Shown here piece by piece: positions 1 to 12,250 of a DNA stretch of 32,000 nt. Position numbers and translations under genes: made by a program. Below the pieces are notes generated by a model, which saw only the letters and a list, made by a program, of their open reading frames with translations, did no database searches and had not been told where the DNA came from. This stretch comes from Candidatus Arthromitus sp. SFB-rat-Yit (GTDB lineage Bacteria > Bacillota > Clostridia > Clostridiales > Clostridiaceae): contig NC_016012.1 of assembly GCF_000283555.1 (NCBI RefSeq), positions 1,380,001 to 1,412,000 of the forward strand, read 5' to 3'. How positions within the stretch are numbered: the stretch's first letter is position 1; every line of letters starts with the position of its first letter.

Positions 1-245
1 CTATTATATATAATTCTAAATTGTTTTTCTAATAAACCATATATTTTTTTAGCCTTCTGTTTTTCTCTTAATTGAAGTGCAAAGTTAGATAATTTTTTTC
101 TATTCTTACCATGCTGTCCTGGTGCTCCAGCACCTTGTCTTTTGACAACAGAACACTTAGAAGAATAACATCTATCTCCCTTTAAAAATAATTTCATACC
201 TTCTCTTCTACACAACTTACATTGTGGACCATTGTATTTAGCCAT
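1..245 (-). CDS. rpsD: 30S ribosomal protein S4, 5' part (continues beyond window start)
   Basis: Hand translation from ATG at 243-245: [23 protein letters not shown]..., S4 N-terminus; follows rpsK in the conserved order; open to the window edge. Confidence 0.93.
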   Translation of the reverse strand, partial: MAKYNGPQCKLCRREGMKLFLKGDRCYSSKCSVVKRQGAGAPGQHGKNRKKLSNFALQLREKQKAKKIYGLLEKQFRIIYN

Positions 246-259
246 TTCACACCTCCAAA

Positions 260-658
260 TTACACCCTTCTTCTCTTTGGTGGTCTACACCCATTATGAG
301 GAATAGGTGTCACATCTTTTATTAAAGTTATTTCTAATCCAGCAGCTTGTAAGGATCTTATAGCTGCCTCTCTTCCTGATCCAGGCCCTTTAACATATAC
401 TTCTACACTTTTAAGACCATGCTCCATAGCAACTGAAGCTGCAGTTTCAGCTGCCATTTGTGCGGCATAAGGGGTACTTTTTCTAGATCCTTTAAATCCT
501 AATGCACCGGCACTTGACCAAGATAAAGTATTACCATTAACATCAGTCAAAGTAACAATTGAATTATTAAAAGTTGATTTTATATGTGCAGATCCTCTAT
601 CTACATTTTTTCTATCTTTCTTGCGCTTATTAATCTTTTTAGATTTTTGTATCGCCAT
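260..658 (-). CDS. rpsK: 30S ribosomal protein S11
   Basis: ORF protein has S11 signatures ([39 protein letters not shown]). Confidence 0.98.
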   Translation of the reverse strand: MAIQKSKKINKRKKDRKNVDRGSAHIKSTFNNSIVTLTDVNGNTLSWSSAGALGFKGSRKSTPYAAQMAAETAASVAMEHGLKSVEVYVKGPGSGREAAIRSLQAAGLEITLIKDVTPIPHNGCRPPKRRRV

Positions 659-675
659 TTAAACTACTTACCTCC

Positions 676-1044
676 CTACTTCTTTTTATTTGCTATAGTT
701 TTTCGTGGACCCTTAACCGTCCTTGCATTAGTTTTAGTTCTTTGACCTCTTAAAGGCAACCTTTTTCTATGTCTAATTCCCCTATAACATCCTATTTCTA
801 TTAATCTTTTTATATTTAAAACAACGTCTCTCCTTAAATCTCCCTCTACTCTAAGATTTTTATTAATAAAATCTCTTATTAGATTGATTTGTTCCTCAGT
901 TAAATCTTTAACTCTTATATCAGGATTTATATTTGTTTCTTTTAAAATCCTCTTAGATGTAGATAATCCTATACCATAAATATACGTCAAACTTACTTCT
1001 ACTCTCTTATCCTTAGGTATATCTATTCCAGAAATTCTAGCCAT
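676..1044 (-). CDS. rpsM: 30S ribosomal protein S13
   Basis: [26 protein letters not shown]...[22 protein letters not shown]. Confidence 0.98.
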   Translation of the reverse strand: MARISGIDIPKDKRVEVSLTYIYGIGLSTSKRILKETNINPDIRVKDLTEEQINLIRDFINKNLRVEGDLRRDVVLNIKRLIEIGCYRGIRHRKRLPLRGQRTKTNARTVKGPRKTIANKKK

Positions 1045-1062
1045 TAAATATTCACCTCCATT

Positions 1063-1176
1063 TTATCCTTGTTTTTGTTTATGTTTTGGTGTTTCACAAA
1101 TAATCATAACTCGACCTTTTCTCTTTATAACTCTACATTTTTCACATATAGGTTTTACAGATGCTCTTATTTTCAT
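1063..1176 (-). CDS. rpmJ: 50S ribosomal protein L36 (37 aa, absent from the ORF track)
   Basis: Hand translation: [37 protein letters not shown]; CxxC...C...H zinc motif; between rpsM and infA. Confidence 0.96.
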   Translation of the reverse strand: MKIRASVKPICEKCRVIKRKGRVMIICETPKHKQKQG

Positions 1177-1194
1177 AATTATCCTCCTACAATT

Positions 1195-1413
1195 TCACTT
1201 AGCTCTCCAAGTTATCCTACCACGGGTTAAGTCGTAAGGCGACATTTCTATTTTAACTTTATCCCCAGGAATTATCCTTATAAAATTCATTCTTAATTTA
1301 CCTGAAATATGTGCAAGAATTACATGCCCACTTTCAAGCTCAACTTGAAATGTTGCATTTGGTAACGATTCTTTGACAATTCCTTGCATTTCTATAATAT
1401 CATCTTTAGCCAT
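1195..1413 (-). CDS. infA: Translation initiation factor IF-1
   Basis: [70 protein letters not shown]. Confidence 0.98.
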   Translation of the reverse strand: MAKDDIIEMQGIVKESLPNATFQVELESGHVILAHISGKLRMNFIRIIPGDKVKIEMSPYDLTRGRITWRAK

Positions 1414-1451
1414 TTACTTTAACCCTCCCTAAACAATATTTCATAATTTGC

Positions 1452-2195
1452 TTATAATGTTATAATTTCTGGATCGGAATCGGTTATAATAACAGTATTT
1501 TCGTAATGAGCAGATAAACTATTATCCATTGTCACAACCGTCCAGTTATCATCAAGTATTCTAACATGTTCCTTTCCTAAATTAACCATAGGCTCAATCG
1601 CGATAGCCATACCTTTTTTAATATAAAATCCCGTTCCTTTTCTACCAAAATTAGGAATTTCAGGTGCTTCATGTAGATCCTTGCCAATACCATGACCAGT
1701 AAAATCTCTAACTATAGAATACCCATTGTTTTCAACATATTCTTGAATGGAAAAGGATATATCACCAATCAAATATCCCTCTTTCGCATATTTAAGAGAT
1801 TGAAAAAAACTATCACGTGTAACTTCTATAAGTTTCTTAGCACTTTTTGACACATTACCTACAGCAAAGGTTCTAGCTGCATCAGCGTGAAATCCATAAA
1901 TGTTAGCCCCACAATCTACACTAACTATATCGCCATCTTCAATAATTAGATCAGAAGGAATACCATGTATAACCTGATTATTTACAGATATACATAATGT
2001 TGATGGAAACCCATAATATCCTTTAAATGATGGTTTGGCATTAGACTTTACTATATAATCTTCTGCTTTACTATCCAAATAATTGGTTGTTACACCTTCT
2101 TTTATAAGTGATTCTACAAGTTTTAATGTATCACTAACTATTTTACCCGCCTTTTTCATTAGAGAAATTTCTTCATCATTTTTAATATAAATCAT
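1452..2195 (-). CDS. map: Type I methionine aminopeptidase
   Basis: MetAP motifs (SVDCGANIYGFHADAARTF, GHGIGKDLHEAPEIPNF, MAIAIEPMV); 5' end overlaps adk by 14 bp. Confidence 0.96.
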   Translation of the reverse strand: MIYIKNDEEISLMKKAGKIVSDTLKLVESLIKEGVTTNYLDSKAEDYIVKSNAKPSFKGYYGFPSTLCISVNNQVIHGIPSDLIIEDGDIVSVDCGANIYGFHADAARTFAVGNVSKSAKKLIEVTRDSFFQSLKYAKEGYLIGDISFSIQEYVENNGYSIVRDFTGHGIGKDLHEAPEIPNFGRKGTGFYIKKGMAIAIEPMVNLGKEHVRILDDNWTVVTMDNSLSAHYENTVIITDSDPEIITL

Positions 2196-2841
2196 AATAT
2201 TCTCCTATTACCCGTTTTACCTGACCAAAAATTTCATCAATTCCATACGAAGCATCTATTTTATATAAAACATCTAACTTTCTAAAATATTCTACCAATT
2301 TAAATGTCATCTTATAATATATTTCAAGTCTTTCTTTGAATATGTTAATCTTATCATCCGATCTTACTCTTAATTGCCCTTTACAAATATCACATTTTCC
2401 ATAAATCTTAGGTAAATCATTTTGTAAATTATAAATTCTCCCACAATTTATACAAGTTAATCTATTAGAAATTCTATTTAATATATATTCATTACTAGTA
2501 CTTAAATAAATCACTAAATATTTATCATCTTTACTCAGAATATTATTAATGTAAAATTCTGCTTGAAACAGTGTTCTTGGGTAGCCATCCAATAAATATG
2601 GTTGATTTAAAACTTTTTCACATTTTAAATTATTAACTATATTGTTAACTAACTCATCCGATACAAATTTACCACTATCTATACGAGAATTTAAGATTTC
2701 TTTCCCAATTCTATTTTTATATAAAGCATATTTTCTAAGTATATCTCCTGTTGAAATATGTTTAAGTTTATATTCCTTACAAATCAAATTTGCTTGCGTA
2801 CCTTTACCAACACCTGGTGGCCCAATTAATAATATTTTCAT
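2182..2841 (-). CDS. adk: Adenylate kinase (zinc-type LID with CxxC...CxxC)
   Basis: MKILLIGPPGVGKGTQA P-loop; LTCINCGRIYN...CDICKG. Confidence 0.96.
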   Translation of the reverse strand: MKILLIGPPGVGKGTQANLICKEYKLKHISTGDILRKYALYKNRIGKEILNSRIDSGKFVSDELVNNIVNNLKCEKVLNQPYLLDGYPRTLFQAEFYINNILSKDDKYLVIYLSTSNEYILNRISNRLTCINCGRIYNLQNDLPKIYGKCDICKGQLRVRSDDKINIFKERLEIYYKMTFKLVEYFRKLDVLYKIDASYGIDEIFGQVKRVIGEYYDLY

Positions 2842-2856
2842 ATTACATCACCTAAT

Positions 2857-4131
2857 CTATTTTAAAAAGCCTTGATAATGTCTTAAAATAAGTTGAGATT
2901 CAATTTGTCTCATTGTGTCAACAGAAGTACTTATCAAAATTAATAACATCGTACCTCCAAATTGAAGACCTTTAAACGGTGTAAACAAATCCATAAATAT
3001 TGGAAATAAAGCTAATATAGCACCAAATATACCTCCAAGAATAGAAATTTTATCCAATACATTCTCTATATATTTAGCTGTAGGCTCCCCTGGTCTTATT
3101 CCTGGAATAAATCCAGAAGATTTATTCATATTCTCCGCCATTTCATCTGGTTTATATGTAACTTGAGTATAAAACCAAGTAAAAAATACTATTAATAAAG
3201 CAAACACTATAGTATACAGAAGAGAATTAATTCTAAATGGGCTATAAGTTCCATTAACTAAAACTTTATTTATCCACGAATCTGCAGAAAAAAATGTTCC
3301 AATAGTTGCTGGAAATTGCAATACAGATGTAGCAAAAATAATAGCTATTACCGCAGATCCAGTTATGCTAAATGGTATATGAGCTTTGTTATTTTTATTA
3401 CTCCCTGCTAATTGTTTTCCTGCATACTGTACAGTTATTCTTCTCTCTGCTAATGTCATATATATAGTCCAAATTAATAATCCAATTGCAACTAATACAA
3501 ATATTACAGTTTCTATGAAACCAACCTCTCCTGACTTATTCAATGCTCCAATTTGTATAAACATAGTTGGAAATCTGGAAACTATATTAACAAATATAAA
3601 TAAAGAAACACCATTACCTATACCATGTAAACTAACTTGATCTCCTATCCACACTAAAAACACAGATGCGGCAACTAATGTAAATACTACAAATATCATA
3701 GAAAACATAGAATTATTAGTAATTGCACCAGCATTTAATATAAGAAAATATGATCCATATGCTTGAACAAAAGATAACACTATAGATAAATATCTAGTTA
3801 TATTTTGAAGTTTTTTCCTTCCTTCTTCTCCCTCTTTTGATAATTGCTCAAATTTAGGAATAGACATAGATAATAATTGAACTATTATTGATGAATTTAT
3901 ATACGGAACTACTCCTAATGCAAATATACTAAATCTCTCTAATGCTCCTCCAGATATTAAATCATAAAATCCAAATAATCCAGTTGAAGTTAGCTGTTTC
4001 AAACTTTCAGTGTTAACACCTGGTACAGGTATAAAATTCCCTAATCTAAATACTATAACAATAAATAGAGTAAAAAATATTCTTTTCCTAAGATCCTTAA
4101 CTTTAAAAGCGTTACCTAAAATTTTAAACAT
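2857..4131 (-). CDS. secY: Protein translocase subunit SecY
   Basis: 424 aa polytopic membrane protein, VFRLGNFIPVPGV, GIGNGVSLFIF; conserved position. Confidence 0.97.
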   Translation of the reverse strand: MFKILGNAFKVKDLRKRIFFTLFIVIVFRLGNFIPVPGVNTESLKQLTSTGLFGFYDLISGGALERFSIFALGVVPYINSSIIVQLLSMSIPKFEQLSKEGEEGRKKLQNITRYLSIVLSFVQAYGSYFLILNAGAITNNSMFSMIFVVFTLVAASVFLVWIGDQVSLHGIGNGVSLFIFVNIVSRFPTMFIQIGALNKSGEVGFIETVIFVLVAIGLLIWTIYMTLAERRITVQYAGKQLAGSNKNNKAHIPFSITGSAVIAIIFATSVLQFPATIGTFFSADSWINKVLVNGTYSPFRINSLLYTIVFALLIVFFTWFYTQVTYKPDEMAENMNKSSGFIPGIRPGEPTAKYIENVLDKISILGGIFGAILALFPIFMDLFTPFKGLQFGGTMLLILISTSVDTMRQIESQLILRHYQGFLK

Positions 4132-4136
4132 TTAAC

Positions 4137-4577
4137 TTAAATCACCTCTGCTTTTCCACCAGCAGCCTCAATTTTTTCAATAGCTGATTGTGAAAATTTA
4201 GAAACCCTAACTGTCAAACTCCTCTCCAAATTTCCGTTAGCTAATATTTTAACCCCATCTTTTATTTTATTTATTATTCCCATATCCAATAAGACCTTTT
4301 CAGTAACTTCTGAACCATTTTCAAACATATTCAACCTATCTAAATTTAAAATAGCATATTCCTTTTTAAACACATTATTAAATCCTCTTTTAGGGACTCT
4401 TCTATATAAAGGCATTTGACCACCTTCAAAACCTAATCTTACTCCTCCGCCACTTCTAGATTTTTGCCCTTTTTCGCCTTTTCCTGAATTTCTACCTAAT
4501 CCTGATCCGGTACCTCTACCTAATCTTTTACAACTTTTCTTGCTGCCAGGAGCTGGTTTTAATTCATGCAATTTCAT
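4137..4577 (-). CDS. rplO: 50S ribosomal protein L15
   Basis: [66 protein letters not shown]. Confidence 0.98.
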   Translation of the reverse strand: MKLHELKPAPGSKKSCKRLGRGTGSGLGRNSGKGEKGQKSRSGGGVRLGFEGGQMPLYRRVPKRGFNNVFKKEYAILNLDRLNMFENGSEVTEKVLLDMGIINKIKDGVKILANGNLERSLTVRVSKFSQSAIEKIEAAGGKAEVI

Positions 4578-4591
4578 TAATAAACCCTCCT

Positions 4592-4771
4592 TTAAACTTC
4601 TTTTACATCCAATAAAAACTTAACCTTATTTATCATACCAAGTATTTGAGAATTTTTATTGTGCTCTACTCGGTCACCAATTTTTTTTAACCCTAAAGCA
4701 TAAACTGTGTCTTTTTGTTTTTTATTTCTACCTATTATGCTTCGAGTCAAACAAACACTTATTTTTTCCAT
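4592..4771 (-). CDS. rpmD: 50S ribosomal protein L30 (59 aa, absent from the ORF track)
   Basis: Hand translation: [59 protein letters not shown]; between rpsE and rplO. Confidence 0.94.
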   Translation of the reverse strand: MEKISVCLTRSIIGRNKKQKDTVYALGLKKIGDRVEHNKNSQILGMINKVKFLLDVKEV

Positions 4772-4784
4772 CTAAATATCCTAC

Positions 4785-5282
4785 CTAACCTATTATTTCT
4801 ATAATTTTTTTATCTCTAAGTGTTGCAATCTCTCCTAATGTTCTTAAAGATAATAGAGCATTAAATGTAGCATTAACTACATTTTTAGGATTGTTAGATC
4901 CTAATGATTTGGCTGTAATATTTTTTACCCCTACTAGCTCCAAGACACTTCTAACTGGACCACCCGCTATAATTCCTGTACCTTTTCTTGCAGGCATTAT
5001 TAAAACTTTGGATTTCCCAAAAATACCAACAGTTTCATGAGGTATAGTATCCTTAACTACTGGTACATAAATCATATTTTTCTTGGCATCTTCTATTCCT
5101 TTTCTTATAGCATCAGGAACTTCTGCAGATTTACCTGTTCCAATACCTATATATCCTTTTCCATCTCCTACAACTACCAGAGCACTAAATCTAAAATTTC
5201 TACCACCTTTAACAACCTTAGTAACTCTATTTATAAAAATTACTTTTTCTTTTAATTCTGAGCCATTATTCTTAATTTTCAT
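4785..5282 (-). CDS. rpsE: 30S ribosomal protein S5
   Basis: [46 protein letters not shown]. Confidence 0.98.
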   Translation of the reverse strand: MKIKNNGSELKEKVIFINRVTKVVKGGRNFRFSALVVVGDGKGYIGIGTGKSAEVPDAIRKGIEDAKKNMIYVPVVKDTIPHETVGIFGKSKVLIMPARKGTGIIAGGPVRSVLELVGVKNITAKSLGSNNPKNVVNATFNALLSLRTLGEIATLRDKKIIEIIG

Positions 5283-5303
5283 TATTAATACTAACCTCCT
5301 TCA

Positions 5304-5660
5304 TTAAAATTGTAATCCTGCCTCTCTTGCTCCATCAGCTAACTCAGAAATTCTCCCATGATATAAATAACCATTCCTATCAAAAACAACATTAGTTATA
5401 GACTTATCTAAGGCTTTTTTAGCTATATTTCTACCAACAATCCTTGCTGCTTCCTTATTGCTGCCAACTCCATTAAAATCTTTATCTAGTGTAGATGCCG
5501 AAACTATTGTATTCCCATTAATATCGTCAATTAATTGTGCATATATATTTTTCGAACTTCTAAAAACACATAATCTTGGAAGGCTAGGTGTTCCAGATAA
5601 TTTCTTTCTTATCTTAATGTGTCTCCTTTTCCTTTTAACATTTTTATTATATTTATCCAT
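5304..5660 (-). CDS. rplR: 50S ribosomal protein L18
   Basis: [18 protein letters not shown]...[22 protein letters not shown]. Confidence 0.97.
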   Translation of the reverse strand: MDKYNKNVKRKRRHIKIRKKLSGTPSLPRLCVFRSSKNIYAQLIDDINGNTIVSASTLDKDFNGVGSNKEAARIVGRNIAKKALDKSITNVVFDRNGYLYHGRISELADGAREAGLQF

Positions 5661-5690
5661 TTACATATCTCCTTTCTTCAATATTCATTC

Positions 5691-6233
5691 CTATTTCTTA
5701 CCTGTTTTTCCTTCTTTTCTCCTTATCACTTCATCAGAATACTTGATTCCTTTTCCTTTATAAGGCTCAGGTTTTCTCCATTGTCTTATTTTGGCTGCTG
5801 TTTCCCCCACTAATTGCTTATCGATACCTGAAACAATTATTTGTGTTTGATTTGGAACTTCAAAAGCAATTCCCTCTACACTATTTATTTCTACAGGATG
5901 AGAATATCCTAAGTTTAATATAATATTTTTACCTTTAAGTTGTGCCCTATATCCAACTCCATTAAGTTCTAAAATTTTACTATATCCTTCGGATACACCT
6001 TTAACCATATTAAAGATTAAAGCTCTAGTTAAACCATGTAATTGTTTTTGTTTCTTTGTCTCATTTTTTCTTTCTACAAATATCTGATTTTCTTCTTGTT
6101 TTATAATTATATCACTAGACATTTGTTTTTCTAATTTACCTTTTTTACCCTGTATTATTACAAAATTCTTTGAATCTATATTAATCGAAGTCCCCTCAGG
6201 TAAAGTTATAGGTAATCTACCTACTCTAGACAT
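5691..6233 (-). CDS. rplF: 50S ribosomal protein L6 (start trimmed from 6284 to MSRVGRLP)
   Basis: MSRVGRLPITLPEG...RQWRKPEPYKGKGIKYSDEVIRRKEGKTGKK; the trimmed start avoids overlap with rpsH. Confidence 0.96.
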   Translation of the reverse strand: MSRVGRLPITLPEGTSINIDSKNFVIIQGKKGKLEKQMSSDIIIKQEENQIFVERKNETKKQKQLHGLTRALIFNMVKGVSEGYSKILELNGVGYRAQLKGKNIILNLGYSHPVEINSVEGIAFEVPNQTQIIVSGIDKQLVGETAAKIRQWRKPEPYKGKGIKYSDEVIRRKEGKTGKK

Positions 6234-6255
6234 TTGCACACCTCCTATTATAATC

Positions 6256-6648
6256 TTACCAAATATAGCAAATAACTTCTCCACCTAGTCCTTGTTTTCT
6301 AGCTTCACGATCAACCATCATACCCTTAGAAGTTGAAATTATAGCAACACCTAATCCACTTAATACTCTTGGTATATTGTCTTTTTTACAATAAACCCTC
6401 AATCCAGGTTTAGAAATCTTTTTTAAACCTACTATTACTTTTTCTTTATTTCTACCATATTTTAGTGAAATTTTACACATCGGAACTATACCATCATTAT
6501 AATCTTCATATGATTTAATATATCCTTCATTCAATAAAATCTTTAATATTTCTTTCTTAATTTTAGACATTGGAACTTCTAAAGTTTCATGTCTTGCCAT
6601 ATTAGCATTCCTTATTCTAGTCAATAAATCTGCAATTGGATCTGTCAT
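6256..6648 (-). CDS. rpsH: 30S ribosomal protein S8 (MTDPIADLL start preferred over 6654)
   Basis: [31 protein letters not shown]...[10 protein letters not shown]. Confidence 0.97.
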   Translation of the reverse strand: MTDPIADLLTRIRNANMARHETLEVPMSKIKKEILKILLNEGYIKSYEDYNDGIVPMCKISLKYGRNKEKVIVGLKKISKPGLRVYCKKDNIPRVLSGLGVAIISTSKGMMVDREARKQGLGGEVICYIW

Positions 6649-6679
6649 TACCATTTACATCTATACCTCCCTTCTAATA

Positions 6680-6865
6680 TTACCAGCTTGATTTAGTGCA
6701 TCCAGGAATTTGTCCTTTATAAGCCAATTCTCTAAAACAAATTCTACAAATCCCAAATTTTCTTAATACTGCATGTGGTCTTCCACACAAATTACATCTA
6801 GTATAAACTCTCGCTTTATATTTAGATGGTCTTTTCCATTTTTCAATAATAGCTTTACGTGCCAC
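6680..6865 (-). CDS. rpsN: 30S ribosomal protein S14, zinc-binding type Z (61 aa)
   Basis: [61 protein letters not shown]. Confidence 0.97.
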   Translation of the reverse strand: MARKAIIEKWKRPSKYKARVYTRCNLCGRPHAVLRKFGICRICFRELAYKGQIPGCTKSSW

Positions 6866-6884
6866 AATCTTACCTCCTTATAAA

Positions 6885-7448
6885 TCAACTCATAAATGGC
6901 ATTCCCAAATATCTTAACAGTTCTCTAGCTTCTTCATCAGTTTTCGCTGTTGTAACAAATACTACTTCAAGTCCTCTAATCTTATCTATTTTATCATACT
7001 CAATTTCTGGGAATATCAAATGTTCTTTTAACCCTAAAGTGTAATTTCCTCTACCATCAAAACTCTTTTCAGATATACCTCTGAAATCTCTAACCCTTGG
7101 TAAAGCTACGTTAAATAATTTATCTATAAAATCATACATTCTATTTCTTCTTAAAGTAACCTTGCATCCAATAGGCATATTCTCTCTAAGTTTAAAGTTT
7201 GATATGGATTTCTTAGCTTTACATATAACTGGTTTTTGTCCAGAAATCAATCTCATATCATTAACAACTGCTTCTAATATTTTTGAGTTATCTTTAGCTT
7301 CCCCAACCCCAATATTAAGAACAACTTTTTCTATTTTAGGAACCTGCATTAAATTAGTATATTTAAATCGTTCTATTAGTTTTTTAGTAACTTCATTAAT
7401 ATATTTTTCTTTAAGCCTTGACAAAATCACAAACCCCCCTCTAATCAC
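6885..7448 (-). CDS. rplE: 50S ribosomal protein L5 (exact start uncertain; a start at SRLKEKY is possible)
   Basis: [19 protein letters not shown]...[20 protein letters not shown]. Confidence 0.95.
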   Translation of the reverse strand: MIRGGFVILSRLKEKYINEVTKKLIERFKYTNLMQVPKIEKVVLNIGVGEAKDNSKILEAVVNDMRLISGQKPVICKAKKSISNFKLRENMPIGCKVTLRRNRMYDFIDKLFNVALPRVRDFRGISEKSFDGRGNYTLGLKEHLIFPEIEYDKIDKIRGLEVVFVTTAKTDEEARELLRYLGMPFMS

Positions 7449-7753
7449 ATTGTTCGTTCACAATGCCTGCAAATTCTTACTTTTGTACCATCATCTGCAA
7501 ATTTATATTTTATTCTTGTAGATTTTTTACAGCTAGTGCAATATAACATAACTTTAGATGCATTTATAGGAGCTTCAACTCTTATTATTCCCCCCTGCAT
7601 ATTTTGTTTATTAGGTTTTACATGCTTAGTTACTATATTTATTCCACCTACAATAACCGTGTTCTTATCAGGATTTACTTTAAGAACCTCACCTATCTTG
7701 TCTTTATCTTTTCCTGAAACAATATAAACTGTATCATTTTTTCTAACATGCAT
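7445..7753 (-). CDS. rplX: 50S ribosomal protein L24
   Basis: [28 protein letters not shown] (KOW) ...[18 protein letters not shown]...; C-terminal CTSCKK...CRHCE. Confidence 0.97.
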   Translation of the reverse strand: MHVRKNDTVYIVSGKDKDKIGEVLKVNPDKNTVIVGGINIVTKHVKPNKQNMQGGIIRVEAPINASKVMLYCTSCKKSTRIKYKFADDGTKVRICRHCERTM

Positions 7754-7769
7754 TTTATCACCTCTAATT

Positions 7770-8138
7770 CTATAAAACTTCAGGAGCTAACGAAAGTATT
7801 TTCATACAATCTTTATCTCTTAATTCCCTAGCAACAGGTCCAAAAATTCTAGTTCCTCTTGGTTGACCATCATCTTTCAAAATCACAACAGCATTATCAT
7901 CAAATCTAACATAAGAACCATCTGAGCGCAAAACCCCTTTAACAGTTCTAACTATTATAGCCTTAACAACATCACCTTTTTTTACAACACCGCCTGGTGA
8001 TGCATTTTTTACGCTCGCTACGATAACATCTCCTATATTGCCGCTTTTTCTACGTGATCCACCTAAAACCCTTATGCACATTACTTCTTTAGCTCCTGTA
8101 TTATCAGCAACTTTTAACCTACTTAATTCTTGTATCAT
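7770..8138 (-). CDS. rplN: 50S ribosomal protein L14
   Basis: [44 protein letters not shown]. Confidence 0.98.
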   Translation of the reverse strand: MIQELSRLKVADNTGAKEVMCIRVLGGSRRKSGNIGDVIVASVKNASPGGVVKKGDVVKAIIVRTVKGVLRSDGSYVRFDDNAVVILKDDGQPRGTRIFGPVARELRDKDCMKILSLAPEVL

Positions 8139-8158
8139 TTCCTAATCCTCTCCCTTAA

Positions 8159-8413
8159 TTATTTAGCTCTTTCCAATATTTCTACTAACCTCCATCTCTT
8201 ATCTTTTGATAAGGGTCTTGTTTCCATAATTAATACCTTGTCATTAATTTTTGCTTCATTATTTTCATCATGTGCCTTAAATTTATTAGTAATTTTAAGA
8301 ACTTTACCATATAATGGATGTTTCTTTTTGCCTTCTACCGCAACAACTATGGTTTTCTGCATCTTATCAGATACAACTACACCTACTTTAACCTTTCTTG
8401 AATTTCTTTCCAC
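8159..8413 (-). CDS. rpsQ: 30S ribosomal protein S17
   Basis: [40 protein letters not shown]. Confidence 0.97.
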   Translation of the reverse strand: MERNSRKVKVGVVVSDKMQKTIVVAVEGKKKHPLYGKVLKITNKFKAHDENNEAKINDKVLIMETRPLSKDKRWRLVEILERAK

Positions 8414-8435
8414 TTACTTACCCTCCTTTACAAAA

Positions 8436-8645
8436 TTATTTTAATTTCATTATCTCATGCTCTTTTATAGCTGTTTTAATTTGAGCAATTGATTTTTTAA
8501 CCTCTCTAATTCTCATAGGGTTAGCTAATTGGCCAACAGCTAATTGAAAACGCAAATTAAAAAGTTCTGATTTAAATTCAATTAACTTAGCATTCATTTC
8601 ACTAATATCTAATAATCTCAATTCTTTAAGTTCACTTATCTTCAT
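8436..8645 (-). CDS. rpmC: 50S ribosomal protein L29
   Basis: [58 protein letters not shown]. Confidence 0.97.
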   Translation of the reverse strand: MKISELKELRLLDISEMNAKLIEFKSELFNLRFQLAVGQLANPMRIREVKKSIAQIKTAIKEHEIMKLK

Positions 8646-8650
8646 TTTCC

Positions 8651-9088
8651 CTATTCACCACCAACTCTTTCAAAATCTTTCCTAGTTAAAAACTTAGTTT
8701 TTACAGGCAACTTATGTGATGCTAATCTCATAGCTTCTTTTGCTAACTCTTCTGAAACACCTGATAATTCAAACAAAATTCTTCCTGGTTTAACAACAGC
8801 AACAAAATATTCTGGCGCACCTTTACCAGATCCCATACGAACCTCAGCTGGTTTTTTAGTAACTGATTTATGTGGAAATATCTTTATATGTAATTTCCCA
8901 CCTCTTTTTATATATCTGTTTATTGCAACCCTTGCAGACTCAATTTGATTAGCAGTTATCCAAGAAGTACTTGTAGCAACTAAAGCATAATCTCCATAAA
9001 CTATCATAGTTCCTGCTTTTGATACGCCTCTCATTCTACCCTTTTGTACTCTACGGTATTTAACTCTTTTAGGCATTAACATATGCAA
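8651..9088 (-). CDS. rplP: 50S ribosomal protein L16
   Basis: [19 protein letters not shown]...[21 protein letters not shown]. Confidence 0.97.
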   Translation of the reverse strand: MHMLMPKRVKYRRVQKGRMRGVSKAGTMIVYGDYALVATSTSWITANQIESARVAINRYIKRGGKLHIKIFPHKSVTKKPAEVRMGSGKGAPEYFVAVVKPGRILFELSGVSEELAKEAMRLASHKLPVKTKFLTRKDFERVGGE

Positions 9089-9100
9089 CTTTCCTCCTTT

Positions 9101-9766
9101 CTATTTTTTTTGATCGTTATTCAAAGTTTTTTTAGTTAGAATTTCCCCTTTATATATCCAAACCTTAACACCAAGTTTACCGTAAGTAGTATTTGCCTCA
9201 GCAAATCCATAATCTATATCGGCTCTTAAAGTTTGTAAAGGTATTGTTCCTTCATGATAATGCTCAGTTCTAGCAATATCAGCTCCACCTAATCTTCCAG
9301 AAACAGCTGTTTTTATTCCTAAAACTTTCATTTTCATAGTTCTCTGCATCGCTTGTTTCATAGCTCTCCTAAATGATACCCTTCTCTCTAATTGTAAAGC
9401 TATATTCTCAGCAACTAACTGTGCATCTGTATCATATGTTTTAACTTCAACTATATTTATTATAATAGAATTATTGCTCATATTTATTTTTTGAATTTCT
9501 GCCTTAACAATCTCAATTCCAGTTCCACCTTTCCCTATAATAACTCCAGGTTTCGCTGTATATATATTTATTTTTATTTTTTTTACACTTCTCTCAACTT
9601 CTATCCTAGATATCCCAGCAGAATAATATTTCTTCTTAATTACTTTTCTTATTTGAAAATCTTCAAATAAGAATTTAGAAAAATCTTTTTTATCCGCATA
9701 CCATTTGGAAGACCAATCTTTAATTACTCCCACTCTTAAACCATGCGGATTAACCTTTTGACCCAT
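9101..9766 (-). CDS. rpsC: 30S ribosomal protein S3
   Basis: [29 protein letters not shown]...[12 protein letters not shown]. Confidence 0.98.
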   Translation of the reverse strand: MGQKVNPHGLRVGVIKDWSSKWYADKKDFSKFLFEDFQIRKVIKKKYYSAGISRIEVERSVKKIKINIYTAKPGVIIGKGGTGIEIVKAEIQKINMSNNSIIINIVEVKTYDTDAQLVAENIALQLERRVSFRRAMKQAMQRTMKMKVLGIKTAVSGRLGGADIARTEHYHEGTIPLQTLRADIDYGFAEANTTYGKLGVKVWIYKGEILTKKTLNNDQKK

Positions 9767-9793
9767 TCTACTATTTACCTCCTTTTTTATTTT

Positions 9794-10120
9794 TTATCCA
9801 ACTATTATAGTAATATGACTAGTTCTTTTATTAATTCTAAAAGCTCTACCTTGAGCCCTTGGTTGAAACCTTTTTAATATAGGGGCATTAGTAGCATAAG
9901 CACTTTTAACAATTAATGAATTTTGATCCATGCCATTATTATTTTCTGCATTTGAAACCGCTGACTTTAAAACCTTTTCTACAATAGACGATGCCCTTCT
10001 ATTTGTACATGACAATATCGAAAGTGCTTCTTTAATAGATTTTCCTCTTATTAACTTCAGTACAACATTTACTTTCATAGGAGACATTCTTACATATTTA
10101 GCTATAGCCTTCGCAACCAT
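9794..10120 (-). CDS. rplV: 50S ribosomal protein L22
   Basis: [24 protein letters not shown]...[24 protein letters not shown]. Confidence 0.97.
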   Translation of the reverse strand: MVAKAIAKYVRMSPMKVNVVLKLIRGKSIKEALSILSCTNRRASSIVEKVLKSAVSNAENNNGMDQNSLIVKSAYATNAPILKRFQPRAQGRAFRINKRTSHITIIVG

Positions 10121-10141
10121 AACAACAACTCCTTTCTATTA

Positions 10142-10420
10142 TTATCTAATTCTTGATGTTTTCTGGTCAACATGCCCTTTATAAGTTCTCGTCAATGCGA
10201 ATTCACCTAATTTATGTCCAACCATATCCTCAGTAACATAAACTGGTACATGTTTTCTTCCATCATGAACAGCAATTGTATGGCCTATCATTTCTGGAAA
10301 TATCGTAGAACTTCTAGACCATGTCTTTATTACTTTTTTTTCACTGTTTTTATTCATAATAATAATTCTATCTAAAAGAACTTTCTGAACAAAAGGACCC
10401 TTTTTAGCAGATCTTCCCAA
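10142..10420 (-). CDS. rpsS: 30S ribosomal protein S19
   Basis: [19 protein letters not shown]...[43 protein letters not shown]. Confidence 0.98.
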   Translation of the reverse strand: MGRSAKKGPFVQKVLLDRIIIMNKNSEKKVIKTWSRSSTIFPEMIGHTIAVHDGRKHVPVYVTEDMVGHKLGEFALTRTYKGHVDQKTSRIR

Positions 10421-10444
10421 TATTTAAACCTCCTATCATATCAC

Positions 10445-11272
10445 TTATTTTCTTTTTCTTACTATTAAGCTATCAGAATATTTCTTATTTTTTCTAGTTT
10501 TATATCCAAGCGTAGGCATTCCCCAAGGTGATACAGGCGATGGTCTTCCAATAGGACTTCTTCCCTCTCCTCCCCCATGTGGATGGTCGCAAGGATTCAT
10601 AACAGATCCTCTAACTGTAGGTCTTATACCTTTGTGTCTATTTCTTCCTGCCTTACCAATGCTTATTATTGAATGAGATTCATTAGACAAAATACCTATA
10701 GTAGCTCTACATTCTATTCTTACATATCTCATCTCACCACTTGGCAATCTAAGTGTTGCATAATTCCCTTCTTTTGCCATTAATTGAGCAGATAATCCTG
10801 CTGATCTAACTATCTGACCGCCTTTCCCTTTTTTAAGCTCAATATTATGAATCATTGTACCAACTGGTATACTGCTTAATGGTAAACAATTCCCTGGTTT
10901 AATATCTGCATCTAACCCAGAAAATACTCTGTCTCCAACCTTTAATCCATTTGGAGTTAATATATATCTTTTTTCACCATCTAAATAAGTTATTAAAGAT
11001 ATAAATGTTGACCTATTTGGATCATATTCAATAGTTTTAACTACTCCAGCTATATTGTCTTTATTTCTTTTAAAGTCAATCATTCTGTACTTTCTTTTGT
11101 TTCCACCACCTTTATGTCTAACTGTTATCTTACCTTGAGCATTTCTTCCACCACTTTTTTTCAATCCATAAACTAATGATTTTTCTGGTTTACTAGTAGT
11201 TATTTCTTCGTAAGAATTTATAGTCATATTTCTACGAGAAGCTGTTGTTGGATTTAACTTCTTTACTCCCAA
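10445..11272 (-). CDS. rplB: 50S ribosomal protein L2
   Basis: [17 protein letters not shown]...[43 protein letters not shown]. Confidence 0.98.
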   Translation of the reverse strand: MGVKKLNPTTASRRNMTINSYEEITTSKPEKSLVYGLKKSGGRNAQGKITVRHKGGGNKRKYRMIDFKRNKDNIAGVVKTIEYDPNRSTFISLITYLDGEKRYILTPNGLKVGDRVFSGLDADIKPGNCLPLSSIPVGTMIHNIELKKGKGGQIVRSAGLSAQLMAKEGNYATLRLPSGEMRYVRIECRATIGILSNESHSIISIGKAGRNRHKGIRPTVRGSVMNPCDHPHGGGEGRSPIGRPSPVSPWGMPTLGYKTRKNKKYSDSLIVRKRK

Positions 11273-11295
11273 AATTCATACCTCCTTATAACAAA

Positions 11296-11601
11296 TTACT
11301 CCATAGAATTCATTGAATTAAAAAACTCTATTCCAGCGCTATCTGATGTAAGCTGAACTATAGCTTTTTTAAAATCAGATCTCTTACCTAAATTAAATCT
11401 TACTCTCTTCTTTTTTCCACAATAATTCATTGTAAAAACTCTACTTACTTTAACACCAAATACATTTTCTACTGCATTCCTTATTTGTATCTTATTAGCC
11501 TTTTTATGTACCACAAATGTATACTTTCCTTCAGACATAATAGACATACTTTTTTCTGTTATCACAGGTCTTATAATTATATCATAATCTGTTAATTTCA
11601 A
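11296..11601 (-). CDS. rplW: 50S ribosomal protein L23
   Basis: [46 protein letters not shown]. Confidence 0.97.
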   Translation of the reverse strand: MKLTDYDIIIRPVITEKSMSIMSEGKYTFVVHKKANKIQIRNAVENVFGVKVSRVFTMNYCGKKKRVRFNLGKRSDFKKAIVQLTSDSAGIEFFNSMNSME

Positions 11602-12224
11602 TTCGAATACACCTCCTCAAGTTTTTTAAGTGCTCCTTGAGTTATAACAAGCTTATCATACTTTAACAAATCATAAACATTTATATTATTTACAGGAAGT
11701 ACTTTTACGCTTTGTAAATTAGTGCCCGATCTATAAACATTTTTATCAGAAGTTTCAGTAACCAATAACATATTACTGTCTATCTTTAAATTATTCATGA
11801 TCTTAACCATTTCTTTAGTCTTAGGAAAATCAAATGATATTTCATTTAGAACTAATAAATTTTTTTCTTTAAGCTTACTAGTTAATACAGAAGTAATAGC
11901 TGCTCTCCTTAAAGTTTTTGAAATACTCATTCTATAATCCCTTGGTTTAGGTGCAAAAACAACACCACCATGAATCCATTGAGGTGCTCTTATAGATCCC
12001 TGTCTAGCTCTACCTGTACCTTTTTGTCTCCAAGGCTTTTTACCCCCACCAGAAACCTCAGATCTTGTTTTTGCCGAATGAGTTCCTTGCCTTTTATTTG
12101 CCAACTGAGCAACAACAACTTGATGTACAGCATATTTTTTTATTTCCACATCAAACACTTCTTTTAGAAGTTCTAATTCTCCAACTTTTTCTCCACAAAT
12201 ATTATATACCTCTACTTTAGACAT
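11598..12224 (-). CDS. rplD: 50S ribosomal protein L4
   Basis: [54 protein letters not shown]. Confidence 0.98.
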   Translation of the reverse strand: MSKVEVYNICGEKVGELELLKEVFDVEIKKYAVHQVVVAQLANKRQGTHSAKTRSEVSGGGKKPWRQKGTGRARQGSIRAPQWIHGGVVFAPKPRDYRMSISKTLRRAAITSVLTSKLKEKNLLVLNEISFDFPKTKEMVKIMNNLKIDSNMLLVTETSDKNVYRSGTNLQSVKVLPVNNINVYDLLKYDKLVITQGALKKLEEVYSN

Positions 12225-12250
12225 CTAATCTCCTCCTTTCATAAAATAAA

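Noticed and set aside
6234-6284. N-terminal extension of L6 ([17 protein letters not shown]) overlapping rpsH
   Set aside because: Longest-ORF artefact; standard L6 begins at MSRVGRLP (6233)
7445-7550. CxxC...CxxC motif at the C-terminus of L24 as a novel zinc ribbon fusion
   Set aside because: Bacterial L24 proteins with C-terminal cysteine pairs are already known, so this is a known variant
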